Assembly: GCA_964016885.1 (NCBI GenBank)
Contig: OZ024744.1
Span: 36,456,001 to 36,520,000 of the forward strand
From: Eledone cirrhosa
Lineage: Eukaryota
DNA length: 64,000 bases
Direction: 5' to 3'
The notes under the pieces were generated by a model. That model had not been told where the DNA came from, did no database searches, and saw only the letters and a program-made list of their open reading frames with translations. This document shows, one piece after another, positions 1 through 11,809 of the stretch; position 1 is the first letter of the stretch; each line of letters starts with the position of its first letter. A program made the position numbers and the translations under genes.

Positions 1-321
1 GTTTACTTTTTTGTTGTTTTTTTAAAATTGTTATTATCATGAGTGGTTCCTTAATGTGAGCATTGCGTGGCTTAAGAATGAAATTATTAATAATTGTCTT
101 CACTCCAGGCACAAGGCCAGCAATTACCCAGTGCATTACAATAATATAATATACTTTTTGCTGAAGTTGCCTGTTATTGTTGTTGGCTATATCGGTGGTG
201 GTGCTGGGGATTTTTCTATTGTTGGTGGGGAAGGGGGGAGCCAGCAGTACCATAGTCGCTGACGTTTGGCCGGTAGCCGGGTCACTGAGTCAATCTATTT
301 ATATCTTTTGCTAGCCTCTCC

Positions 322-810
322 CTTGTCTAGTGATACCGCCACCTTCCCCTTTCTTAAGTTAACAGGGGAATAGTGGGGGTAGCAATGAAGGAGTGGTGGC
401 GGCGGTGATGGGATAGTGGTTGCAATGATGGATGGAGTGGTGGCGGCGGTGGCGTTGTCGTTACTGAGTTTTGTTGAATGGACTAGTTTTTTTTGATATG
501 TAGTATCTATGCGTTTGTGTCGCGTATGTTTAATACATGTGTTGACATATTCTATTAATATTGGAATTAAACATTTTGTTAAAACTTGAGACAATAATAA
601 TAGTAATTATTATTATGATGCTGGGATTGGTGGTGGTGGTGGTGAAATTGCCGTTCTCTGGCTGTTGTATTTAGTGTACACAGCGGGGTGATGGGGTAGG
701 TGGTGTATCTAGTTTCTGGTGTTGGTGAAATTGCTGTTATTTGGCTGTTCTATATAGTGTAGACAGAGGGATTTTCTTCCATTTATAATCATTTTCTTCT
801 TTGAATATAA
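322..810. repeat. Diverged ~500-bp dispersed repeat, copy 1 (copy 2 at ~4943-5440)
   Basis: TTGTCTAGTGATACCGCCACC...AAGTTAACAG...GGAATTAAACATTTTGTTAAAACTTG...TATATAGTGTAGACAGAGG recurs colinearly at 4943-5440. Confidence 0.8.
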
Positions 811-933
811 AATGTATAATACAAAATTGAATATTTGAGCGATATAACAATATATTATGGAACCGAATTTTTAAGAGACTTGATTCGGTGCTTTATGCAT
901 CATTTGTACTTAGAATTGTTATTTCACAATTGA

Positions 934-935
<2 letters not shown>

Positions 936-1014
<79 letters not shown>
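936..1014. repeat. (TTA)n microsatellite at the 3' end of an R4/Dong element
   Basis: Pure TTA run abutting the element 3' UTR. Confidence 0.95.
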
Positions 1015-1016
<2 letters not shown>

Positions 1017-1085
1017 CTTGAATCTCAGTCATTGATGTTAGTTGGAAAGTCTGTTGGAATGAATATCAAGCCACTACCTGCAGCC

Positions 1086-1955
1086 TCAGATATTCAGGAC
1101 GTATCGGAGGGTTCTTGTTGTTCCCAGCAAGCATGCCTTTTGAAGCGTTCCAAAAAGCGTGAAGGGGCCGATTTTCTTTAACCATCCCTGGAAACTTTTG
1201 GAGATAGTCCCCAGTGCGCCTATGACAATCGGGATCACTTTGACTTCATGGCAGTTCCAAATCCTTTTTACCTCCCACTTTAGGTCCTGGTATCGGTTAA
1301 TTTTCTCCCTCTCCTTCTCTTGCACTCTCGTGTCGAAAGGGCAGGCCACATCCACAATCAGACACGATCTTTTTTCTTTGTCCACAACCACCAGGTCAGG
1401 TCTATTGTGTTCCAGTTTCTTGTCCGTCTGTATCCTAAAATCCCACAGCACCTTCACCTGATCGTTCTCTATCACAGCCTCTGGCTTATGCTCATACCAT
1501 TTCTCAGAATGTGGTAAATTGTTTACTTTGCACAGGTGCCAGTGGATTACCCTGTCCATCACATCATGACTCCAGACCTTATAGTGAGTCTGGGCTAGGT
1601 GTTTACACTCGGATACTATGTGAGCCACAGTCTCCTCTCTCTCTCCACAGATCCTATACAATGGGCTAGCCTCCTCCTTGTAAATATGGTGTTTCAACCA
1701 CTTCGTTTTGAGGGCCTGCTCCTGCGCAGCCATTAACATTCCTTCTGTAGCCTTTTTAAGGTCTCCTCTTCTCAACCAGTTCCATGTCTGTGGATCTCTA
1801 AATTCAGTTTTCTCAAAGAAGGTACTATGAAGGGATTTTTCATGAAGGCTGCTCTTTCTCCTTGCTGTTATTTCCTCCTTGGACATCCCCTGGTCTATTG
1901 TCCTCTCCTTCAGTACAATTCTGAGCATTGGCTCCTTACTATTTGTGTAGGTCAT
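1086..1955 (-). pseudogene. Zn-knuckle + restriction-like endonuclease fragment of the R4/Dong ORF
   Basis: [39 protein letters not shown] motifs. Confidence 0.88.
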
Positions 1956-3120
1956 TTTTCACCATCTGAACACAGTCCGCTATGCTGATAAGACCTCTTC
2001 CACCTTCAGATCTCCTTAAGTAGAGTCTATCGACATCACTCCTCTTGTGGAACATGTTGTAGATAGTCAATAGTTTCCTAGTCTTCCTATCCATTTCTTT
2101 TTGTTCAGCAACATTCCATGTCAGAATTCCCGCACTGTACCTAATAATAGACACAGCTCGGGAATTTACTGCGCTTATGGCATTTCTGCTGTTCAGATGT
2201 GACTTCAATACGCTCCTTACTCTCCGAATGTATTCAGTTCTTAACAATTCCTTCATTTTTTTGTTCTTTATGCCATCAGCCTCCAGAACGCCCAAATACT
2301 TGTATCCTTCCTCAGAGTCAATTCTCTTTATCATCTCACCTGTTGGTATCTGGATCCCGTTACTTCTGCTCATCCTACCCCTCATAATCACAATGACTCC
2401 ACACTTACTAATACCAAACTGCATACATATATCATTGCTGAAAATACGGACAGTGTCAACAAGCACATCCAAATCCTTCTCACTCTTCCCGAAGAGCTCA
2501 AGATCGTCCATGAAGAGGAGGTGATTGATGGTAAGCCCTGCCTTTCCCAACCTGTATCCTGCTCTCACTTTTCGCGGTACACTGGTCAGGGGCATCAGGG
2601 CAAGGACAAACAGCAGAGGGGACAGGCTATCTCCCTGGAAGATACCTCTCTTGATCTTCACGTTTACCAAGGATTCTCCAGTTGATGTTAACTCTGTTTC
2701 CCAGGACCTCATACTTTTGCCCAACAACTGTCTGATGTTATCTGCCACCTTGAAGATCTCCAGGCTTTTGGTGATCCAAGAATGAGGCACCATATCAAAT
2801 GCCTTTCTGTAGTCTATCCATCCCATGGCAAGATCAGTGTGTCTCCTTCTGCAATTCCTCATTACCATCATATCAATAAGTAACTGGTCCTTTGTACCAC
2901 GTGACTTCTTTCGGCATCCTTTCTGTTCGTCCGCTGACAAGTTGTTTGTGTGGAGGTGATGGTAGATTTCCTCAGACACAATGCACGTCAACAGTTTCCA
3001 CATTACGGACAGACATGTGATAGGTCTATAGTTGGTAACATCATTACCCTTGATTCGGTCTTTCATTATCAGAACTGTGGTACCTTTTGTCAACCACTCT
3101 GGTACCTCACCTGACATCAA
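1939..3120 (-). pseudogene. Reverse transcriptase fragment of the R4/Dong ORF (frameshifted)
   Basis: [47 protein letters not shown]. Confidence 0.9.
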
Positions 3121-4604
3121 GCAGTCATTGAAAATGTTGTCAGTTTCGGGTGGAGGGATGTTATATTTTTAATCCAATACCCCTGCACACCATCTGGGCC
3201 TGGTGATTTCCAGTTGGTTAGTTTTTTCGCCTGCCCCTTAAGAGTTTCAACTGTGATACTCAAATCAGTTTGTTGGTGTGCCTGTTCACCGATCTCCTTC
3301 AGTACTGTCTCAATCCACACTGCCTGGTTATTATGTCTAACATCCTGCTCCCATATTCCTCTCCAGAATGTTTTAGTTTGTTCCGCCTCAGGGATCAAGT
3401 CGTTGCCTCTTTCTTTCCCCTCAAGCTGTCCAAACAGCATCTTCTGGTTGTTGTCGAACATGCGGTTCTGTTTATACTGACTGACTCTGTTCTCGTATCG
3501 CCTGATTTTTGCACTCTTTGCTACAATGCGTTGCTTCAGTTCCTCTATGATAATATTTAGCTTTTTCCTCCTAGTTTTGTACTTTATTTCCAGTCTATTT
3601 TTAGTGTCTATGTTTTTTAGTGTCCCATTCAGTAGTGACTCAATCTTTCCAATGTCATTTCTCATTTCCCTGATTTGACCACTCAGTCGTTTCTTCCACC
3701 AAGGCTCTGCTCTTTCTTGTCTGTTGTTTCCTCTCGCTTTTATACCAAGTAGTTTCCTCACCGTATTTGCTGTTGCTTTGAGGATATTGTTGCACTGGTG
3801 AAGGCTCCTCGCCTCAAGTTTTGGGATGACTTTGTTTACCTTAGCTGTTGTTTCTTTTAACTTTTTCCTGTCTACAAATCTTAGGTTCATAGGTCTCCCA
3901 CTATCATTGTTCAATTCATCTACTCTTCAGGTAACATTGCATAACAGTTCTATTCAATTCTTTCGTCCAGTTGGTTCTGGTCCCTTTCCTTCTTCTTCTT
4001 CCTCCGACACCAGTAGTATTTGGTTGACAGCCAGGTCCCTGCTGCTGAGCCAGGGAGCACCTGTTGGGTGATAGTCTGTCACATGACGTTCTAGTCTCCA
4101 TTTCACCGTTATTCGAACTGTTTAGGTTCGACATTTAAACACTCTTATCGAGGATTGGCGAATGTATGGTTACATAACCACCTGTGGATTCACCGTCTCC
4201 GGTGGTTGCGTCGCTCCACCTGGCTCTTGTGTGGCATTATCACGCTGTAGACGAACACAAATAAACAAACAAACAAACAAGCAGAAAAAAACCCCAAAAT
4301 GAATAAGCATAAGTTACATTGTAATGTAGTGTTCGAATGTCTGACTTAGTTTTTCCCTTCCCTTCTCTGTCCGTCCGTTTGTTTCTCTCTTCATTCTTAT
4401 TTTCTTTACGTTTTTTTGTTTTTGTTTTTTTTGTCTGCTGTTTTTTTTGTTGTTGTTGTTGCTGTGCTGCTTTGATTTTGATTTTTGTTTTTCCTTTTGA
4501 GTCTATCTATATATTTTGATGCCTTCCTCTTTTTTAGTAGGAATTCTACAATGTGGTGGCGTTGCTGTGCTAGTAGCGGCGGTAGCGATACTGAGGCAGT
4601 GGTG

Positions 4605-4878
4605 GTGGTGATGTGATCGTATTACTGTAGTGATTGTGTTGTAGTTGGGGTATAAATTTGAGTCGATTTGACCAGAGTTTTCATCGTGGTAGTGGTGGTG
4701 TTATTGGTGGTGAAATAATAATAATCTGTAGTCGTTTAGTAGTGGTGGTGATGTGGTCCTATTACTGTAGTGATGGTGTTGTAGTTGGGGTATAAGTTTG
4801 AGTCGATTCGACCAGAGTTTTCATCGTGGCAGTGGTGGTGGTATTGGTGGTGAAATAATAATCTGTAGTCGTTTAGTC
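4605..4878. repeat. Two tandem copies of a ~140-bp unit
   Basis: GTGGTGATGTG...GAGTCGATT.GACCAGAGTTTTCATCGTGG...AATCTGTAGTCGTTTAGT repeated. Confidence 0.85.
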
Positions 4879-4942
4879 ATTTTGCCATTTTCGACTCCAA
4901 CATTCCTGATCCAAAATTAAATATTAATCTTGTTTATCAAAA

Positions 4943-5440
4943 TTGTCTAGTGATATCGCCATCCTCCACTTTCGTAAGTTAACAGAAGGTAGTGGGGGTA
5001 GCGGTGGTAGCAATGAAGGAGTGGTGGTAGCGGTGATGGGATAGTGGTAGTAATGATGGATGGGCGGCGGCGGCGGTGACTGTAGTGATGGCGTTGTCGT
5101 TACTGATGTCCGTTCGGTGAATCTATGGGGCTAGTCGAGTACATGTGTTGACATAAATTCCCTTAATGTTGGAATTAAACATTTTGTTAAAACTTGGAAC
5201 AATAATAATAGTAATTATTATTATCATTATTATGTTGAGATTGGTTGTGGTGGTGGTGAAATTGCCGTTATCTGGCTGTTGTGTTTAGTGTACACAGAGG
5301 GGTGATGAGGTAGGTGGTGTATCTAGTTTCTGGTGTTGGTGAAATTGCTGTTGTTTGACTGTTCTATATAGTGTAGACAGAGGAGGGGGGGTTCTTCTTC
5401 TTCCATTTATAGTCCTTTTCTTTTTTGAATATACAATGTA
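4943..5440. repeat. Diverged ~500-bp dispersed repeat, copy 2
   Basis: Colinear similarity to 322-810. Confidence 0.8.
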
Positions 5441-5476
<36 letters not shown>

Positions 5477-5502
5477 CATTATTATTATTATTATTATTAT
5501 TA

Positions 5503-7530
5503 TTTGCATTTATCTTGCTTTATGTTCATACGTGTTATCACCAAGTCACAACCAGTGACCTCAAGAGACAACAAGGTCCGCCATGTTCAAGAAAGAACAT
5601 ACATATTCACAAATGCATCCTTAGTGTTTAGACTTGTGATGTACTTATATTGACAGGATCTTCCTTAGTATATGGGCAGTTCCCATTAGTACTATCTTTT
5701 GTATTTCTCCTATACGCGGGTTCCCTGGGATTTGCGATATGTAGTCGTTAGACCCCTTAGGTATCATTCCCAGAGCGCCTACAACCACTGGTATTGTTTG
5801 AGTTCTCAATTTCCACATTTTTCCAATTTCTATCTCCAGGTCCTTATACTTGCTCAATTTTTCAAATGTTTTTATAGATACATTCTTGTCTATTGGAACG
5901 GACATATCAATTAGCAGGCATACCCTCCTTTGAAAGTCCTTCAATATTATATCAGGTCTATTTGCATCTATTTTTCGGTCTGTTTGGATGCTAAAGTTCC
6001 ACAAGATTGAGATGTGATCTTTTTCAAGTATGGGAGGTGGTTGATGCTCCCACCAATTCTTTTGATGGGGCAGGTCAAAATGCTTACACATTATCCAATG
6101 TATGTATTGTGCAGCTCTGTCATGCCTGTTTAGGTATTCGGTTGGAACTATAGGACTGCACATTGAAATTATATGGTCGATGGTCTCTGGTTGTTTTTTG
6201 CAAACACGGCATAATGGGCTGCACCCATTTTTTATTATGTTGGCTTGGTAATTTTTTGTTGGCAGACACTGATCTTGTGCTGATATAATCAGTCCTTCAG
6301 TCTCCGATTTCAGTCCAGAGGATGCCAACCACTGATGGGTTAAAGTTTTGTCAACATCAGGATTGTTAGCTCGTTCTGGGTATTTTCTATACAGAGGCTT
6401 TTCTTGCCATTTCTTAGCCAGTTTCTGTAGCAGTTCTTTCTTTGCAGTTACTTTTAATGCTTTGCTTTTTCTGTGTTTTCCATTTCAGCAGTAAATGGGA
6501 CTTCTGAAATTTGTAGTCGATTACTGTATCTTTGTGCATCTTTTGTAATGGAATATGATCTTTTGGTGCTTTCGTGTTTCAAAACGAGTTTGATCATCCA
6601 ATCATGTGATTCCCTTAGAAATGTGGATAATCCAATTGTTGCAGTTTTCAACGCAATGTCTAACTGGATTAACCCACGTCCTCCTTCTTTCCTAGGGAGA
6701 TATATTCTATCTATGTCTGCCTTAGGGTGATGCATTCTGTGCATGGTTAAGAATTTTCGGATTTGTGTATCGAGCCTACGGACCTCTGTGCTTGACCAGT
6801 TGATGAGATCGTAACTGAAGGTTACTACTGGTATGGCAAGCGTGTTTATGGCATCGATCCTATTCCTTGCATTCAATTCCGTTCTTAAGATTGCTCTTAC
6901 TCTGCGGTAACATTCCTTCCTTATCCTTTCCCTCATTATCGAGTGCTTCATTCCGTCTCCTTCACAAACACCTAGATATTTGTAAGTTTTTTCTTGATCA
7001 AGCTCTCTTATCACGATCCCCCGATCAAGATTAATGTCTGAACTCTTCAGCAGCTTTCCTCTGGTGAACGTTGCTTTGGCGAATTTATCCAGTCCAAACT
7101 CCATTTTAATGTCATCACTGAACTGCTTCACAGTGGATAATAGCCCTTGCAATTGTTCATCATTTTTTGCAAATAGTTTCAGGTCATCCATGTAGAACAG
7201 GTGATTAATGGTTTTGTCATTTACTCTATATCCATGTTTTGTTTCATTGAGCATTTTACTTAATGGTATAAGTGCGATGCAGAATAAAAGCGGTGATAAA
7301 GAGTCACCCTGAAAAATTCCACAATTAATATTAACTTCTCCAGCTTCCAGTGATTTTGTTTAACTATTCAAAAGGAATGTCGTTCTCCGTGTCTTCATAC
7401 TGAATGACAAAAACCTCCTGACAACGGGGGATATTTTGAAAATCTCTAAACATTTTTCAATCCAACTGTGTGGCAAACTATCGAATGCTTTTTTATAATC
7501 TATCCAAGCAATCGATAGATTTTTGTGTCT
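5503..7530 (-). mobile_element. Second R4/Dong-like family, 5'-truncated and disrupted
   Basis: ORFs 6454-7254 (HLFYMDDLKL, YKYLG) and 5645-6328 (CRVC..HIISMC, RHD, RPDIILKD); (TTA)n at both sides. Confidence 0.88.
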
Positions 7531-7580
7531 ATTATGACAATCTTATTATTATTATTATTATTATTATTATTGTTATTGTT

Positions 7581-9587
7581 ATTCCTTGAATCTCAGTCAT
7601 TGATGTTGGTTAACTGGAAAGTCCGTTGGATTGAATATCAAGCCACTACCTGCAGCCTCAGATATTCAGGACGTATCGGAGGGTTCTTGCCGTTCCAAGC
7701 AAGCATGCCTTTTGAAGCGTTCCAAAAAGCGTGAAGGGGCCGATTTTCTTTAACCTTCCCTGGAAACCTTTGGAGATAGTCCCCAGTGCGCCTATGACAA
7801 TCGGGATCACTTTGACTTCATGGCAGTTCCAAATCCTTTTCACCTCCCACTTTAGGTCCTGGTATCGGTTAATTTTCTCCCTCTCCTTCTCTTGCACTCT
7901 CGTGTCGAACGGGCAGGCCACATCCACAATCAGGCACGATCTTTTTTCTTTGTCCACAACCACCAGGTCAGGTCTATTGTGTTCCAGTTTTTTGTCCGTC
8001 TGTATCCTAAAATCCCACAGCACCTTCACCTGACTGTTCTCCATCACCGCCTCTGGCCTATGCTCATACCATTTCTCAGAATGTGGTAGATTGTTTACTT
8101 TGCACAGGTGCCAGTGGATCACCCTGCCCATCACATCGTGTCTCCAGCCCTTATAGTGGGTCTGGGCTAGGTGTTTACACTCGGACACAATGTGAGCCAC
8201 AGTCTCCTCTCTCTCTCCACAGATCCTGCACAGTGGGCTAGCCTCCTCCTTGTAGATATGGTGCTTCAACCACTTCGTTTTGAGGGCCTGCTCCTGCGCA
8301 GCCATTAGCATTCCTTCTGTAGCCTTTTTGAGGTCTCCTCTTCTCAACCAGTTCCATGTCTGTGGATCTCTAAATTCAGTTTTCTCAAAGAAGGTACTAT
8401 GAAGGCTGCTCTTCCTCCTTGATGTTATTTCCTCCTTGGGTATCCCCTGGCCTACTGTCCCCTCCTTCAGTACAGCTCTGAGCATTGGCTCCTTACTATA
8501 GGTCACGTATTTGTATAGGTTGTTTTTCTCCATCTGAACACAGTCCTCTATGCTGATAAGACCTCTTCCACCCTCAGATCTCCTTAGGTAGAGTCTATCG
8601 ACATCACTCCTCTTGTGGAACATGTTGTAGATAGTCAATAGCTTCCTAGTCTTCCTATCCATTTCTTTTTGTTCAGCAACATTCCATCTCAGAATTCCCG
8701 CACTGTACCTAATAATAGACACAGCTCGGGAATTTACTGCGCTTATGGCATTTCTGCTGTTCAGATGTGACTTCAATACGCTCCTTACTCTCCGAATGTA
8801 TTCAGTTCTTAACAATTCCTTCATTTTTTTGTTCTTTATGCCATCAGCCTCCAGAACGCCCAAATACTTGTATCCTTCCTCAGAGTCAATTTCCTTTATC
8901 ATCTCACCTGTTGGTATCTGGATCCCGTTACTTCTGCTCAACCTACCCCTCCTCATCACAATGACTCCACATTTACCAATACCAAACTGCATACATATAT
9001 CACTGCTGAAAATACGGACAGTGTCAACAAGCACATCCAACTCCTTCTCACTTTTCCCGAAGAGCTTAAGATCGTCCATGAAGAGGAGGTGATTGATGGT
9101 AAGCTCTCCCCTTCCCAACTTGTATCCTGCTCTCACTTTTCGCAGCATAATGGTCAAGGGCATCAGGGCAAGTACAAACAACAGAGGGGACAGGCTATCT
9201 CCCTGGAAGATACCTCTCTTGATCTTCACGCTTCCCAAGGATACTCCAGTTGATGTCAACTCTGTCTCCCAGGACCCCATACTCCTGCCCAGCAACTGTC
9301 TGATGTTATCTGCCACCCTGAAGATCTCCAGGCTTTTGGTGATCCAGGAATGAGGCACCATGTCAAATGCCTTTCTGTAGTCTATCCATCCCATGGCAAG
9401 ATCAGTGTGTCTCCTCCTGCAATTCCCCATTACCATCTTATCAATAAGCAACTGGTCCTTTGTACCACGTGACTTCTTTCGGCATCTTTTCTGTTCGTCC
9501 GGCAACAAGTTGTTTGTGTGGAGGTGATGGTAGATTTCCTCAGACACAATGCTCGTCAACAGTTTCCACATTACGGGCAGACATGTG
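7581..9587 (-). mobile_element. 5'-truncated copy of R4/Dong family 1 inserted in (TAA)n
   Basis: High identity to 1012-3020; both ends flanked by (TTA)n. Confidence 0.92.
7658..9571 (-). CDS. Uninterrupted RT-CCHC-RLE C-terminal part (637 aa) of the R4/Dong polyprotein; N-terminus missing
   Basis: [43 protein letters not shown]. Confidence 0.8.
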   Translation of the reverse strand: MWKLLTSIVSEEIYHHLHTNNLLPDEQKRCRKKSRGTKDQLLIDKMVMGNCRRRHTDLAMGWIDYRKAFDMVPHSWITKSLEIFRVADNIRQLLGRSMGSWETELTSTGVSLGSVKIKRGIFQGDSLSPLLFVLALMPLTIMLRKVRAGYKLGRGELTINHLLFMDDLKLFGKSEKELDVLVDTVRIFSSDICMQFGIGKCGVIVMRRGRLSRSNGIQIPTGEMIKEIDSEEGYKYLGVLEADGIKNKKMKELLRTEYIRRVRSVLKSHLNSRNAISAVNSRAVSIIRYSAGILRWNVAEQKEMDRKTRKLLTIYNMFHKRSDVDRLYLRRSEGGRGLISIEDCVQMEKNNLYKYVTYSKEPMLRAVLKEGTVGQGIPKEEITSRRKSSLHSTFFEKTEFRDPQTWNWLRRGDLKKATEGMLMAAQEQALKTKWLKHHIYKEEASPLCRICGEREETVAHIVSECKHLAQTHYKGWRHDVMGRVIHWHLCKVNNLPHSEKWYEHRPEAVMENSQVKVLWDFRIQTDKKLEHNRPDLVVVDKEKRSCLIVDVACPFDTRVQEKEREKINRYQDLKWEVKRIWNCHEVKVIPIVIGALGTISKGFQGRLKKIGPFTLFGTLQKACLLGTARTLRYVLNI

Positions 9588-9655
<68 letters not shown>

Positions 9656-9769
9656 TGTGTGTGTGACTGTGTAAGTGTGTGTGTGTGTTTGTATGTATGT
9701 ATGTATATATAAATATATATATATACAATGATATTAAATAAATGGAAACTATATTTATAAAACCATATT

Positions 9770-9833
9770 TATTTTATTATATATATTTCAAGGGTACCAA
9801 GACAACATTGGTACGCTTTCATCAGATAAAATA
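9770..9833 (-). ncRNA. Type I hammerhead ribozyme, family C
   Basis: Minus strand: TATTTTAT-CTGATGA-AAGC GTACCAA(tgttgtc)TTGGTAC CCTT-GAAA-TATATA-TA-ATAAAATA; stems I and II pair, stem III is palindromic. Confidence 0.8.
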
Positions 9834-10050
9834 CAAAGTTTGTTTCATAAATAGAGACTTACCCATGAAAATCATACCTTATCGGTTGGAAATTCACTTG
9901 ATACTCTTACTACAGTAAGATGTTGAGTGCTCTAAAACAGTTATAAACATTTATATTTGTCGGACTTCCAACAATTAAAATACCCCTTCTACTTATATTT
10001 ATATATATACCGATAGTGTTGTTATTTGTGTTTACCGTTTTCATACATAC

Positions 10051-10141
<91 letters not shown>

Positions 10142-10144
10142 TAT

Positions 10145-10625
10145 ATAATTAATATCTAGTAACATATATATACATACAGATGCATATCAATGCTAACAAA
10201 TATATAGGTTTTGTCTGAGTAACTTTGTGGTTCAATGCATGGGGTTGTCGAACAATAATATGAGAGACGTAAAATAAGAAAATTATAAAATTAACTTACT
10301 TACTAAAATATCACTTCCAACTAATTAGTTTCTGGAATGGAATAAATATATTTTCCGAAGAAAATACGGAGAATCATTCCGTCGTCAGGGATGACTATTC
10401 TCATCTAAGTATCCAGGCAAAGCGTGGACTCTGGAAACTTATTAATAAATAATTCAGTGGATTGAAAATAGCAAAGCGTGGACTGAATTCCTAGCGATTG
10501 AGAAAATCACTGCCTCTGCGTCGGTGGCAAATTCAAAAAGAATCAATCACATGACATCGAGGTCAATCAGTGGAAAGAGGTTTGCTAATAAGACAGCGGC
10601 CTGCCTGCTACCATAGCAGCAGTCA
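10145..10625 (-). mobile_element. Diverged monomer of HHR repeat family A
   Basis: Colinear with the 25381-25880 unit (CAGATGCA..ATGC, GTGGTTCAATGCA, GAACAATAATAT, CCAACTAATTAGTTTCTG, AAAGAATCAATCAC); flanked by (TA)n. Confidence 0.8.
10316..10391 (-). ncRNA. Type I hammerhead ribozyme, family A variant
   Basis: Minus: TCC-CTGACGA-c GGAATG...GTATTTTC TTCG GAAAATAT...CATTCC a-GAAA-CTAATTAG-TT-GGA. Confidence 0.8.
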
Positions 10626-10902
10626 TGGCCAATATTGCATATATATATATATATGTATGTAAACGGTAAACACAAATAACAACACTATCGGTTCAGTATA
10701 TGGGAGGGATATACTAGGTTAACGCTTGATATAGCAGGAAGAGTGTCTTACCATTTCGAACGCTAGTTTTTAATCGGAAGAAAGAATGAGAAATATGATA
10801 TATTGAGGGGACGGGCGTGCTGGAAGTGGATAAAATGTGTTTAGATAAAAATAACAGGTTCATTCATGTTGACATATCTTGCAATATATATATATATAAA
10901 TA

Positions 10903-11390
10903 TAAGTATGTACACGTACATGCATATATGTATACAGACGTACAGTAGTATGTATATATATATACATACATGCAAATATATATATATGTACGTATGGATT
11001 CACCGAACATTTATTATAATGCTTGGTGTGTTTGTAAACAAACATCCCGTATTAAGCCGTAGTGTCTAGCAACCATCGTTGCTCGTTTGTTCAACACTGA
11101 CAAAGGAACGCTGTACTAGTTTCAAGCTTATTAGCTATCGTCAGCAACGTATACGTTCCTGCCAGATTGTTGAACGTATATACTTACCTTATGCATATTA
11201 ATGGCTGAGTAGCCCAATTTGCATATCAAGTGGGTTAATCGGCCGGGTGCACCGAAAATATAAACGGGAAAAATGAAACGAAATTTCATTTCCCACTCTT
11301 AGTACGGCTGTTACTTAAATATATGTATGTACACGTACATACATATATGTATACAGACGTACAGTAGTATGTATATATATATACACACGT
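10903..11390 (-). mobile_element. Slightly more than one unit of HHR repeat family B
   Basis: Near identical to the 31862-34500 array unit. Confidence 0.88.
11108..11150 (-). ncRNA. Minimal type I hammerhead ribozyme, family B
   Basis: Minus: ACGTTG-CTGACGA-t AGCT aata AGCT t-GAAA-CTAG-TA-CAGCGT. Confidence 0.82.
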
Positions 11391-11534
11391 ACACAAAAAT
11401 ACACACATATGCACATCTGCATATATATATGCATATATACACACATACACATACATATATATGTATACATAATTACCAACACGCCCACACACACGTATAC
11501 ATACATATATCTAAACACATGTATACATATACAT

Positions 11535-11593
<59 letters not shown>

Positions 11594-11809
11594 CACTCCT
11601 TTATATATATTTTCCCCTACACGTGTGAATACACACACACACCGACTCGTACATATATTTTTACATATATGTATATATGTATATACACACATCTACACAC
11701 ACATAAACAAATATGCAAAAAATGCACTTAAGAAAAGCATATAAAGATGCACATTGGGCTGTACATTCAAAAATGCACCTTGGTGTACGTGCTGACAGAG
11801 TTGATATTA

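Larger units (their letters stand above)
1012..4260 (-). mobile_element. R4/Dong-clade RLE non-LTR retrotransposon, near full length, frameshifted
   Basis: ORF pieces 3916-4134, 3117-3914, 1939-3120 and 1086-1955 are colinear: KSPGPDG, YRPITCL, QGDSLSP, HLLFMDD (RT); degenerate CCHC knuckle; RPDLVVVD...IVDVACP (restriction-like endonuclease); 3' end in (TAA)n. 5' boundary approximate. Confidence 0.9.

Noticed and set aside
888-1181. Poly-L, poly-I, YIYI and HTYI ORFs throughout the window
   Set aside because: Translations of microsatellites or antisense frames of transposon ORFs
10740-10790. Minus-strand CCGATTA...GAAATGGTA HHR-like string
   Set aside because: Two core mismatches and poor stem II
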